Positions 38,919 to 47,586 of a DNA stretch of 64,000 nt are shown here, piece by piece. Source of the DNA: Minisyncoccota bacterium (GTDB lineage: Bacteria > Patescibacteriota > Minisyncoccia > Phycocordibacterales > UBA5272); assembly GCA_041666645.1 (NCBI GenBank), contig JBAYGN010000001.1, forward strand, positions 110,276 through 174,275, in the 5' to 3' direction. A program made the position numbers and the translations under genes. Numbering within the stretch: position 1 is the stretch's first letter; the number at the start of each line of letters is the position of its first letter. A model generated the notes under the pieces. It saw only the letters and a program-made list of their open reading frames with translations, ran no database searches and was not told the origin of the DNA.

Positions 38919-40454
38919 TTAAGCAAATCCTGGGAAAAAATCCGTTTTAATTTGTTTTTTAGGAATTCCCATTTCTGCTAACGTTTTTTCAAAAATACTA
39001 ACCATGGTGTGCGGTCCAGAAATATAAAATATTCTATCTTTATAATTAGGAATTTCTTTTTGAATAAAAGTTGAGTCTATAAATCCAGTCCTCATATTTT
39101 CTTCTTTTAAAACTTGCCCCTGATCGGTCACCGCATAAATAGTTTTTATTCCAAGTTTTTCTTCGGCTTCATCAAAGATATTTTTATAAGCAATATCGTC
39201 TACTGTCTTGTTTGAATATAATAATACTATGTCGCGTTTTTCATTTTTATCAATACAATATTTAATCATGCTTCTAAACGGTGTAACACCAATACCTCCG
39301 GCAATAAAAACTAACTTCTTATTTACATCCTTAGGTAAAATAAACTCACCAGCACACTGTGATGCGACTATTGTATCTCCTTGTTTCAAAAAAAGTAATT
39401 TATTTTTGAAACTACTTAACTCTGGGTAAAATTTAATGCCCAATTTAATTGTATCTTCTGTTGGTGATGAGGCTATCGTAAAATACCTTCGATTTCCTCT
39501 ACTGTCCGGGTCACGATGTTTTAAGGTCCACTCCAAATACTGCCCAGGAAGGTAAGATATTTTTTTGTCTCCAGTAAAACTAAACTCGTAAGTGTCTGTA
39601 GCTATATTTAATTTTTCCTTTAGTGTTAAAAACAGCTTTTCCTTTGGACTTATAAGATATGCAAAAATATTACCTAACACTAGAGCAATTTCTGGGGTTG
39701 GATATATTGACCCAATGTGAATATCCGGAATAAAAAATAATCCAACAATAACGCCGTACATTATACGCATTATTCGCGTCGGGGGTGTTGTTAGTGGTTC
39801 AGTCAACATGAACACTGCCAAAAACAATACTGGGGATTGAAACAAAATCCTGTATATGTTTGTAATAGGTGAAATTGAGCTACCTTTAATAATGCCAGAA
39901 ATTACAATTGCCAAAATTGCCGTTATCAAAAAACTTAAAACTAAATCCGTGCGGCGTATTTTTCTAACAACCAAAAAACCAGCGACAGCAACAAATGGCG
40001 CCATGTAAGAGGTTCCGACCCACCAACTAGGTGACTCGTTTATTGCAAAAGCAGCTATAACCAACGCGATGGCTACTGGATTAAATATATGTTTCTTTCC
40101 TATAGCCAAAATATATTTAGAGGCCATTGTAAGAGCCGAAACCCAACATATAAAAGATAAGTAAGAGGCTGGGTCGCTGGTTGTTGATGGAGTGATAATA
40201 AGAACCAAAATAAGTGACGATATGTAAACCGATTCCACGTTTGTTGGAGCGTTAAATGCCCAAGCAAAAATTTTATTAGTTACAAAAGAAACGGTAAATA
40301 TTGCAATGATGGAGTATATAAGATCGGTAACTGAAAAAGGTGCTTTATCTAAAAGACTAAGAGGTGCGGCCAATAACGCTAAAAAAGTAAGCGCGTACAG
40401 TATCAAACGATACATTGTTATTTTGTTCAAGAAACCATCAATCGCCTGCATCAT
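38919..40454 (-). CDS. Polytopic membrane domain fused to an FNR-type FAD/NAD(P)-binding oxidoreductase
   Basis: 511 aa. About 270 aa of hydrophobic N-terminal half. The C-terminal half carries RRYFTIASSP (an RxY[ST] FAD motif) and FIAGGIGVTPF (an NAD(P) motif). Confidence 0.7.
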   Translation of the reverse strand: MMQAIDGFLNKITMYRLILYALTFLALLAAPLSLLDKAPFSVTDLIYSIIAIFTVSFVTNKIFAWAFNAPTNVESVYISSLILVLIITPSTTSDPASYLSFICWVSALTMASKYILAIGKKHIFNPVAIALVIAAFAINESPSWWVGTSYMAPFVAVAGFLVVRKIRRTDLVLSFLITAILAIVISGIIKGSSISPITNIYRILFQSPVLFLAVFMLTEPLTTPPTRIMRIMYGVIVGLFFIPDIHIGSIYPTPEIALVLGNIFAYLISPKEKLFLTLKEKLNIATDTYEFSFTGDKKISYLPGQYLEWTLKHRDPDSRGNRRYFTIASSPTEDTIKLGIKFYPELSSFKNKLLFLKQGDTIVASQCAGEFILPKDVNKKLVFIAGGIGVTPFRSMIKYCIDKNEKRDIVLLYSNKTVDDIAYKNIFDEAEEKLGIKTIYAVTDQGQVLKEENMRTGFIDSTFIQKEIPNYKDRIFYISGPHTMVSIFEKTLAEMGIPKKQIKTDFFPGFA

Positions 40455-40456
40455 AT

Positions 40457-41203
40457 TTAGTTAGTATACACACTAAACCCACTAGTCATGGTAGCTATAC
40501 CTTTTTCATCAATCATATACCCTTCAAAACCTTCCAAACTTTCAATAAAATGAATCCCCTCCTTACCCATAGCAAATGAAGCTGTTGCAAACCTATCCGC
40601 CTCATAGATATTCGGACCAATCACAGTCATGCTTACTATGTCATTCGCAGTTGAATCATTATTCTTTGGATTATAAATATGGTCACCTCTCACATAAGTT
40701 CCAGATGTTGCAACTCCTCCGTTTTGTATATGTAAAGTCTTAACAGATTCTTGTTTTTTATTAAAAGGATTTTGTATTCCTATCTTCCAACTCTCTCCTT
40801 GACTATTATGCCCTGAGACTTGAATGTCTCCAGCCACTTCCACGTAAAAATTTTCTAGACCTCGATTTGTTAATATTTTTGCAGCATTAAAAATAGCCCA
40901 ACCCTTAACCATTCCAGACGTGTCGTAGCTTCCATCTTTTTTATGAATATCAAAATATCCTGAAGTAACTTTTTTTGTTTCTTCAGATAAATCAAAAATA
41001 ATTTTCATGTCTTCACTGTAACCGTCAGCATTTATCTCACCTCTATTAATTGCACTTATTTCACTAGTATCTTTATAAGTGCTAAACTTTTCATCCACGT
41101 AATTAAAATACTCAAATACTTCATCTAGTATTTCTTGGTTTATCTTTTTATCAACAACGTCCAGGGTAACTGGCATACCCATAATAATTCTTGTTTCTTT
41201 CAT
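40457..41203 (-). CDS. apbE: FAD:protein FMN transferase (ApbE family)
   Basis: 248 aa. MGMPVTLDV...FSTYKDTSEISAINRG is typical of ApbE. It lies 3 nt after the preceding gene. Confidence 0.8.
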   Translation of the reverse strand: MKETRIIMGMPVTLDVVDKKINQEILDEVFEYFNYVDEKFSTYKDTSEISAINRGEINADGYSEDMKIIFDLSEETKKVTSGYFDIHKKDGSYDTSGMVKGWAIFNAAKILTNRGLENFYVEVAGDIQVSGHNSQGESWKIGIQNPFNKKQESVKTLHIQNGGVATSGTYVRGDHIYNPKNNDSTANDIVSMTVIGPNIYEADRFATASFAMGKEGIHFIESLEGFEGYMIDEKGIATMTSGFSVYTN

Positions 41204-41209
41204 ATTTAT

Positions 41210-41785
41210 CTATAGAGCTTGAGCGAGTGCACTCCCTAAAGATTCAACAAAAGCTGCGCTGGTATATGACGCGCCAGATACTACGTCAACATTTTCGCTT
41301 TGAGCCGCTATAGCCTCCTGTCGCAAGATTGGCATAGAATAATTACTTACCTCAACAGAGTGTGGCCTGTCATTTGGATAACTCAAAAACTTAATACCCG
41401 AAATTTTTCCATTGGTTATAGTTGCTTTTACTTGAATAATTCCATAACCGGCATCCGCCTCATTTCCTGTATATATACCGTCGCGATATTTTCCTTTTGA
41501 AGTGATTGGTGTCGGAGAAGTGTTTGTCGGTGTTGGCGCCTTGGCTTTAACAACTACTGAGGTTGCTGGACTTGAAATTGTTTTCACTTGTTGTGACACA
41601 GGTGTTGTAGCCTCCTCAATATTAATGTTTTCAAAATAATTTCTAGTAAGAACATCTTCAGTTCCTCTGGCGGCTTGTTCTATTGTTGCCAAAGAAGAAA
41701 CTTTATTTGAATAAATACTACGCTGGTAAAGAGCGTTTAAAAAGAAAGCTAGGATAAAAAAGGTTGAGACGAAAAATTTCTTCAT
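41210..41785 (-). CDS. Secreted or membrane-anchored FMN-binding domain protein
   Basis: 191 aa. N-terminal TM and a C-terminal FMN_bind-type motif, VDVVSGASYTSAAF. Confidence 0.7.
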   Translation of the reverse strand: MKKFFVSTFFILAFFLNALYQRSIYSNKVSSLATIEQAARGTEDVLTRNYFENINIEEATTPVSQQVKTISSPATSVVVKAKAPTPTNTSPTPITSKGKYRDGIYTGNEADAGYGIIQVKATITNGKISGIKFLSYPNDRPHSVEVSNYSMPILRQEAIAAQSENVDVVSGASYTSAAFVESLGSALAQAL

Positions 41786-41902
41786 TAGATGTATACGGGT
41801 AATTATATCACGACCGTTTTAGGTTTATGGGTATGTCTCTATACGAAAAAGGTTTGGTTTTTATTTCAAAAATTATGCTCGCAGTTCTTATGTCCGACAG
41901 GC

Positions 41903-41945
41903 AAGTTAAAAAACACACCAGTAGAACTGGTGTGTTTTTTAACTT
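41903..41945 (-). terminator. Terminator that follows the displaced tRNA-Ser 3'-end copy
   Basis: AAGTTAAAAAACACACC agtagaac GGTGTGTTTTTTAACTT. Confidence 0.65.
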
Positions 41946-41964
41946 GTGCGGAGGATGTGAGATT
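41942..41964 (-). repeat. Direct repeat (attR-like): copy of the tRNA-Ser 3' end
   Basis: ACTTGTGCGGAGGATGTGAGATT matches 58543-58564 (ACTTGGCGGAGGATGTGAGATT) with 17 nt exact plus 5 nt after a 1-nt indel. Confidence 0.85.
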
Positions 41965-42045
41965 AGGTCACAAAACTACCTCGCTTTGCTCGAAGTAGTT
42001 TCGCGACCCCTATTCGAATCTCCGCAAGTGACGCAGGTCACTTGC
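41965..42045 (-). repeat. tRNA-linked structured module, copy D (island-internal, next to the repeat)
   Basis: The minus strand reads GCAAGTGAC-CTGC-GTCACTTGC, then GGAGATTCGAATAG, then the hairpin GGGTCGCGAAACTAC...GTAGTTTTGTGACC, then TAATCTC. It is preceded by a long A/T hairpin at 42064-42106. Confidence 0.8.
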
Positions 42046-42267
42046 TTTCTTTACCTTCGCGGTCAAAAGAAAAATCTAGAGTATGAAACTCTAGCTTTTT
42101 CTTTTGATGCGGGCATCCTCGAGTTAGGACCTTTTGAGGACAAGACCTGTAAGGTTATTTATATCATTTTAATTTTTCAAAATCAACGCTCCTCGAGCGT
42201 CTAGAAAAAGTGACAAAAGTGACACAGGATAGACTAGTAAAAGTTACAGTTAATTGTAACTATTTTC

Positions 42268-43032
42268 TTACTTTTTCCTATTTAATTCCTCTTGTGCCCT
42301 TTTTGGATTTGTAGCAAAAACAGTTACACCACGCTTATCTGGATACTCCTCAATTATCATTATTCCACCTTCAAGATCAAATTTTTCACATATAGGTTTT
42401 AGTGCTTCAAGTGTATATGCAAGAAGATCTTTGAATACAAGTTTTCTTAAGTAGTCGTTATATGGTCTTTCCATAGCTAAATCTCTAGTACCCCTGAACT
42501 TTGAGTGCAAATAGGTTGATAAGTGGCTGTAACTGTCGTACACGGAACTTGAACCAATTTCATTAGATTCCTCTCTAATACTTTTACCGTCCCAATGATT
42601 CTTATTATTACCAGACGGAGAATAATCTTCAGTCATCTTTTTAAGATACTCTAGTAACTCTTTTCCTTTTGGAGGAATATCACTCATCTTATCTGCACGC
42701 TTCAAATATTCTTTTGTTGAAAAATATTTATAGTTTGAAGCTCTTTTCTCAGTGTCGTCTTTGTATATGTATCTAAGATTAATAGTAGTCTCTAAAATAC
42801 TACGAGCCATAATAATACAGCTCCTAAAATGACCCTCTTTATAGAGAATCCTCATAGATTCATACATATCAATAATTTCTTTAAGCAGGAAATCGGTAAC
42901 ATCAAAAAGATTATCTGATACTGTGTCTCCTTTTTCTTGAAATTGTTCAAGGTGTGTTTTTAAGAAATGATTGATTCGTTCAAGATCTTTTACTTGTTCA
43001 GGTTCTTTTCTCCAAAAGTTGAATATATTCAT
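42268..43032 (-). CDS. Hypothetical helical protein (last gene of the six-gene operon)
   Basis: 254 aa. Its start overlaps the upstream stop by 4 nt. No catalytic motif recognised. Confidence 0.6.
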   Translation of the reverse strand: MNIFNFWRKEPEQVKDLERINHFLKTHLEQFQEKGDTVSDNLFDVTDFLLKEIIDMYESMRILYKEGHFRSCIIMARSILETTINLRYIYKDDTEKRASNYKYFSTKEYLKRADKMSDIPPKGKELLEYLKKMTEDYSPSGNNKNHWDGKSIREESNEIGSSSVYDSYSHLSTYLHSKFRGTRDLAMERPYNDYLRKLVFKDLLAYTLEALKPICEKFDLEGGIMIIEEYPDKRGVTVFATNPKRAQEELNRKK

Positions 43033-44288
43033 TTCTTCACATTATCATCTAAAGGGACTACTTTCAAATAATCCATAATCTTGTAACCTTTTAGATGTTC
43101 GTGTGGATCAACAAATTTATACCAAGGTTCCATATGATGATAAGTCTCACCGTCTTTTATCTCACTTAAAGAACGAGACTGCACAAGTTTCTTCGGTGGC
43201 AAGAAATCCTTATTATCTTTTATAAGAAAAAGTTGAGTATGAACACCTTTACCATAACAACTAACATTACGAGCCTTTAAAACACCATCTTTAACCCATT
43301 TTCGTATTGTAGGACTTTTGAGATTAAAACTGCTTTCAATATCATATTTTGAATACCAGCTATCTTTAAGTTTTGCCAAAGATGCAGGTATTTCTTTTTT
43401 ATCAATTGCATTCTGACAGATAAGACATTTGATACCCCATCTGTCATACCAATTATCACCTTTATCATGTGTACTATGTCCACATATAAAACATGTATAA
43501 CCAACGCCATCTAAATGAAAACCATTAGGATTTTCTTTTAATTTTTCTTCTCTTGCTTTTTCTTTTTCTTTCCATTCTTCTGAGAATTTTGCCATTTGTT
43601 GCAAACCCCACTTTTCTTCCTGATACTTTTTGCCAGCCTCATGAGTTAAGCAAAAACGGTCACGGTCTATAGCAAAGTTTTCATCTATATCCTCAGCTTC
43701 TTTTTTAGTCCATATATAATCTTCAGTTTTAGAATATTTACACTTTGAACAAGTAAAAGTTGTAACAAGTTTTTCACTGGTATTTTTCTCACTGCGTTTA
43801 AGTAGACTATTACAATGTGGGCAAAGGTCTGGCTTTACTCTCCACTCTTCACCATCAGAGAAGAAAGCTCTTCTAGGAAGACATTGATTAGGACAATCAT
43901 ACATAAATAAAACACGATCTTCTTTGTTTAACTCAGACCACAACTCTTTAAAAGTTGGTTTCAAACGATTACGACAAGTAAGACACCTCATATCTTCAGG
44001 AGCTTGTGCAGATTCATACAACTCATCTCTTTTTCTATCAGAATCCATCCACTCTTGGATAGTCTTTTCTTTATTGAGATACATTTCGCCAGTTTCAAAA
44101 TGAAGGAATAGATCTGCAACAACTTTTCTCATATGTTCTGCCTGTTTCTTACTAACACCCTTAACTTTTGGAAGGCTTGTATCTTTTTCATTGTAAGACT
44201 TTTCAAGTCTACGACAACGCCCAACAGTCATCCGATCATAACGGTCTATGTATTCTTGTCGATCTTTAAGATAGGGTGACTTTTCCAT
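43029..44288 (-). CDS. Hypothetical multi-zinc-ribbon protein with a C-terminal HTH-like segment
   Basis: 419 aa. At least five CxxC pairs: CLTCRN, CPNQC, CPHCNS, CSKCKYS, CFICGH...CLICQN. The C-terminus SPTIRKWVKDGVLKARN resembles an excisionase/MerR-type HTH. Confidence 0.6.
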   Translation of the reverse strand: MEKSPYLKDRQEYIDRYDRMTVGRCRRLEKSYNEKDTSLPKVKGVSKKQAEHMRKVVADLFLHFETGEMYLNKEKTIQEWMDSDRKRDELYESAQAPEDMRCLTCRNRLKPTFKELWSELNKEDRVLFMYDCPNQCLPRRAFFSDGEEWRVKPDLCPHCNSLLKRSEKNTSEKLVTTFTCSKCKYSKTEDYIWTKKEAEDIDENFAIDRDRFCLTHEAGKKYQEEKWGLQQMAKFSEEWKEKEKAREEKLKENPNGFHLDGVGYTCFICGHSTHDKGDNWYDRWGIKCLICQNAIDKKEIPASLAKLKDSWYSKYDIESSFNLKSPTIRKWVKDGVLKARNVSCYGKGVHTQLFLIKDNKDFLPPKKLVQSRSLSEIKDGETYHHMEPWYKFVDPHEHLKGYKIMDYLKVVPLDDNVKK

Positions 44289-44312
44289 ACCTAATTTTGT
44301 AATTATACCACT

Positions 44313-45224
44313 TTAACCAAAGCTTACATTTGGGTCTTTTATTGCATTAATTATCTCCATTCTATTTTTAAAATCTGAAATATCTGAATGACAATCTTCG
44401 ATTTCATCAATTATAGAAGATGAAAAGTCGGTTCTCTTTTTAAGCAGGAACTGTAGGTACTCAGAATCAAGAGCTGGGTCAAGAGGTAACGGTTCAATAT
44501 CTTTGATAACTTTCATTAAAGTAGATTCTTTTGTTTTCATTAAAAATGCGAGAACTTCTATCATTGCAGTTTCTTCATAATCAAAAAGGATGTCATCGCC
44601 ACCACAGAGTATTTTTGCAGCCTTAGAGCTACTGCTAGAAATCTCATCTGTATACAAGTTTTTTGCGTGTGCTGATTCTTTTATTATGAGATAAATATCT
44701 TTAGTAATTTTCTTTACGGTTTTTCCAATAAACTTTTTAACTCTTAATGAATTATCCACACCAAACATGTCGTCTGTAATATCGATTTGAAGATACTTAT
44801 TTAAAAACAAATGTAATGCTTTTTTATCTTTCGATATATTTGTTACTGATTGTAAACTGAAACGATCATATCTATGAGTTTTATAGAAAATTGAAAGAAG
44901 ATTTAATAGAGCAATATGAGAATCACCCAAGTTGATATTAGTACTCTTTTTTATTCTGTTAAGTAAATCAAGATGATTGTGTGTGATTAATGATTTTTCA
45001 AAGATATTAATATCAGTTTTGTCATTAAACTCCAAAAGGACAATAGCGACTTTAAACAATCGCTCAAGTCCAACTGAAAGATTATAAAGAACTGGGAACA
45101 CTTCTGTTTCCATACTTAAGGTTTCCATTTCATGTAGATTCCTTAATCCGTCGTAAATAAAATTACAAGCAATTTCTTGTTCCTCACCAAGTTTAAAGTT
45201 TTGCCAGAATTGTGTAGGATTCAT
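44313..45224 (-). CDS. Hypothetical protein
   Basis: 303 aa. Its start overlaps the upstream stop by 4 nt. No motif recognised with confidence. Confidence 0.6.
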   Translation of the reverse strand: MNPTQFWQNFKLGEEQEIACNFIYDGLRNLHEMETLSMETEVFPVLYNLSVGLERLFKVAIVLLEFNDKTDINIFEKSLITHNHLDLLNRIKKSTNINLGDSHIALLNLLSIFYKTHRYDRFSLQSVTNISKDKKALHLFLNKYLQIDITDDMFGVDNSLRVKKFIGKTVKKITKDIYLIIKESAHAKNLYTDEISSSSSKAAKILCGGDDILFDYEETAMIEVLAFLMKTKESTLMKVIKDIEPLPLDPALDSEYLQFLLKKRTDFSSSIIDEIEDCHSDISDFKNRMEIINAIKDPNVSFG

Positions 45225-45748
45225 ATTGTGTGATCTTTAACTTTTGATAACATTTCATCAGAAGTTTTAGCAATTAACTCCTCTGTAATTCCATATTTTT
45301 TTAGCACTGGGTCCAGAGTTATTGAAAGTTGTTCATCTGCTTCGTTTATTATACTAATAGCATCTTCAAGTTCCTTAATCATACTTTTACGACCGTCAGA
45401 AAATAAAAATTCTTTTGCACGCTCCCTAAAATAGTTATGAGCTAACCAGTTTCGAAGTGTTAATGCTTTTGCTAATTTATCAGAAAGATTTAGTGGTACA
45501 TTGGTTACTTTTTCAAGATCCTTAATCATCCGACCTAGAGTATGTTCAAAGTGTCTTGAAGTAAAAGAATCAACACTATCTTCCCAATCTTTTGAATGTG
45601 ACACTGGCATTTTTGAAGGGATGAGATCGAGATAAATAAGAGCATTAACTAAACCGTGCTCAAGACATTGGGCACTGTAGATAGCAAGTCCAAAATATGC
45701 ATAAACTTCTTTTACTTCTTCATTTTTTGATGATGTATCAATAATCAT
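45221..45748 (-). CDS. Small helical protein with a HEPN-like Rx4H motif
   Basis: 175 aa. LRNWLAHNYF fits the RNxxxH HEPN signature. Its start overlaps the helicase stop by 4 nt. Confidence 0.6.
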   Translation of the reverse strand: MIIDTSSKNEEVKEVYAYFGLAIYSAQCLEHGLVNALIYLDLIPSKMPVSHSKDWEDSVDSFTSRHFEHTLGRMIKDLEKVTNVPLNLSDKLAKALTLRNWLAHNYFRERAKEFLFSDGRKSMIKELEDAISIINEADEQLSITLDPVLKKYGITEELIAKTSDEMLSKVKDHTI

Positions 45749-47580
45749 ATATTTACTATTTCAAATCCTTCAAAACAGGTTTTGTCTTGCATTGCATCAA
45801 ATATGGTTTTTTGTATCGCGAAAGCAAAAAGATCTTGAGGTCGTGAAGACGCAACATAAATTAATTTTTTATATTTTTTAGTTAACTTATTCTGATTATT
45901 TTGCATTCCATGTTCAATATCATATTTACCGTATGGTGATTTGGTACTTGATATAAATAAAGTTGCATTATGGGTTTGACCTTTAACACTATGAATAGTG
46001 CCTATCCTAACATTAACCCCTTGAGAACTTTTATAGGAATTTGTCCTCTCTTTTATTTCAGTAGAAGTAATTTTCTTCATATTAAATTTAATAAGATCTT
46101 CTCCTAAAATAATATTCAATTTTTCCTGTAATTCAGGAAAGTTTAATACTCCTCCATTAGTTAGGATTTCATTACTAATATCTAATACCATCTTTTTAAA
46201 ATCACTATCTTCATTAAAAAGTTTTTCATGTAATTCAGTCCATGTTCCTTCATTCTTGAAATGCTTATAAAGAAGACGGTATAAAATATTGGATACATGA
46301 TGAGTGCCATTTTTTCTGACTAAATCAGGTGTAAGTAAATTTATGTAATCAATATCATTGGAAAATTTTAAAGTTTTATTTTTCTTATTACTTACCGTTG
46401 ATTCCCTGGAATAGGAGTCAGGGAAACTCTCAATTAATTGATCATGCTCATAGGCAATAGCAAAATAGCCTTTCTGGTTGTCATGTGGTATCTGTTTAGA
46501 AATTAAAATTTCTGAGAATTTTTCAAGGAGATCTTCATTACAACCATTTGAGTAAGTAATTAGAATCTTTTCAGAAGTATTAGTAGATCCTCTTATTGTA
46601 TTTTCTCCAAAGGTGTTTAGACAAAAACCACTCACAAAGGTAATTAGATTTGAACCACAGCGAATTGATTGACCCAAAAATAAAGTAGGTTCAGGGGCAC
46701 TCCAAGCATCTTCAGATATAGACTGATTTATGTCCCCAATTTGTTGGAAACATACTTGTGTATTTTTCCCGAACAAATCATCTAACAATTTAAGTTGAAT
46801 TTCAGAACAATCTTGTGATTCATCAAGCAATACAAAATTAAACCTTTTACTAATAATCTTACTGAACACAGGGTGCTGTTTTAAATACTCCAATGCGTAT
46901 ATAAAACTTTCAATAAATAAAAAGTTACCCTTCTGATGTTGTTTATCTATTAAAGTTTTTATATGGGTATTTGATTGAGCCAATGGAAACGCTATAGTCT
47001 TTAAACTATTGTATTCTGTAAGTTTCTTTGAATCTACGACTTTATCTTGATAGAAACATAGCCTATGAAACTCATTCCAAAATCTAGCAACGGCATCATC
47101 TCCTCCGTGTCTTAATTGTGATAGCTTATTCGATATTCTTGTCTTTAAAGAAGTATCCCCGTCATTGTCATAGTCAAGATATCTACTTTCATCTTGAAAT
47201 CTTATCTGCATATTTACACTTGCTAGATAAGGTATAAAAAGAAATTTATTTACAAATTCTTGTATAGTGCCTACAAAATTTGGATACTCCATTATTTCAG
47301 GATAATGATTTGCTACTCTACTTTTGATTTCATCAATAGCAATATTAGTATGGGAAATAACACAAATACCTTTTCCTGTTTCCCAAACTCTTTTTTGAGC
47401 AAGGATATGTAATTTACCAACCAAAGTACTAGTTTTCCCTGACCCTGCATACGATTGTAAAGAACAAGAATCTAAACATTTTAAAAAAGCTTTTTGTTCG
47501 TCTGAAAAAGACCCTTGTCCAAGGAAAATATCTTGTTCGGCTTTATTTATCTCTTCATCTGTGACAATAAAATTACACAT
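45745..47580 (-). CDS. UvrD/PcrA/Rep-like superfamily 1 helicase (GajB-like)
   Basis: 611 aa. Walker A YAGSGKTSTLV, Walker B VLLDESQD, and the C-terminal motifs IGTIHSVKGQTHNATLF and IYVASSRPQDL. Confidence 0.85.
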   Translation of the reverse strand: MCNFIVTDEEINKAEQDIFLGQGSFSDEQKAFLKCLDSCSLQSYAGSGKTSTLVGKLHILAQKRVWETGKGICVISHTNIAIDEIKSRVANHYPEIMEYPNFVGTIQEFVNKFLFIPYLASVNMQIRFQDESRYLDYDNDGDTSLKTRISNKLSQLRHGGDDAVARFWNEFHRLCFYQDKVVDSKKLTEYNSLKTIAFPLAQSNTHIKTLIDKQHQKGNFLFIESFIYALEYLKQHPVFSKIISKRFNFVLLDESQDCSEIQLKLLDDLFGKNTQVCFQQIGDINQSISEDAWSAPEPTLFLGQSIRCGSNLITFVSGFCLNTFGENTIRGSTNTSEKILITYSNGCNEDLLEKFSEILISKQIPHDNQKGYFAIAYEHDQLIESFPDSYSRESTVSNKKNKTLKFSNDIDYINLLTPDLVRKNGTHHVSNILYRLLYKHFKNEGTWTELHEKLFNEDSDFKKMVLDISNEILTNGGVLNFPELQEKLNIILGEDLIKFNMKKITSTEIKERTNSYKSSQGVNVRIGTIHSVKGQTHNATLFISSTKSPYGKYDIEHGMQNNQNKLTKKYKKLIYVASSRPQDLFAFAIQKTIFDAMQDKTCFEGFEIVNI

Positions 47581-47586
47581 ACAATT

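Noticed and set aside
41789-42204. Track ORFs 41789-41998 and 41827-42204 (plus)
   Set aside because: They span the terminator, the direct repeat and the structured module at the island border. There is no protein-like composition.
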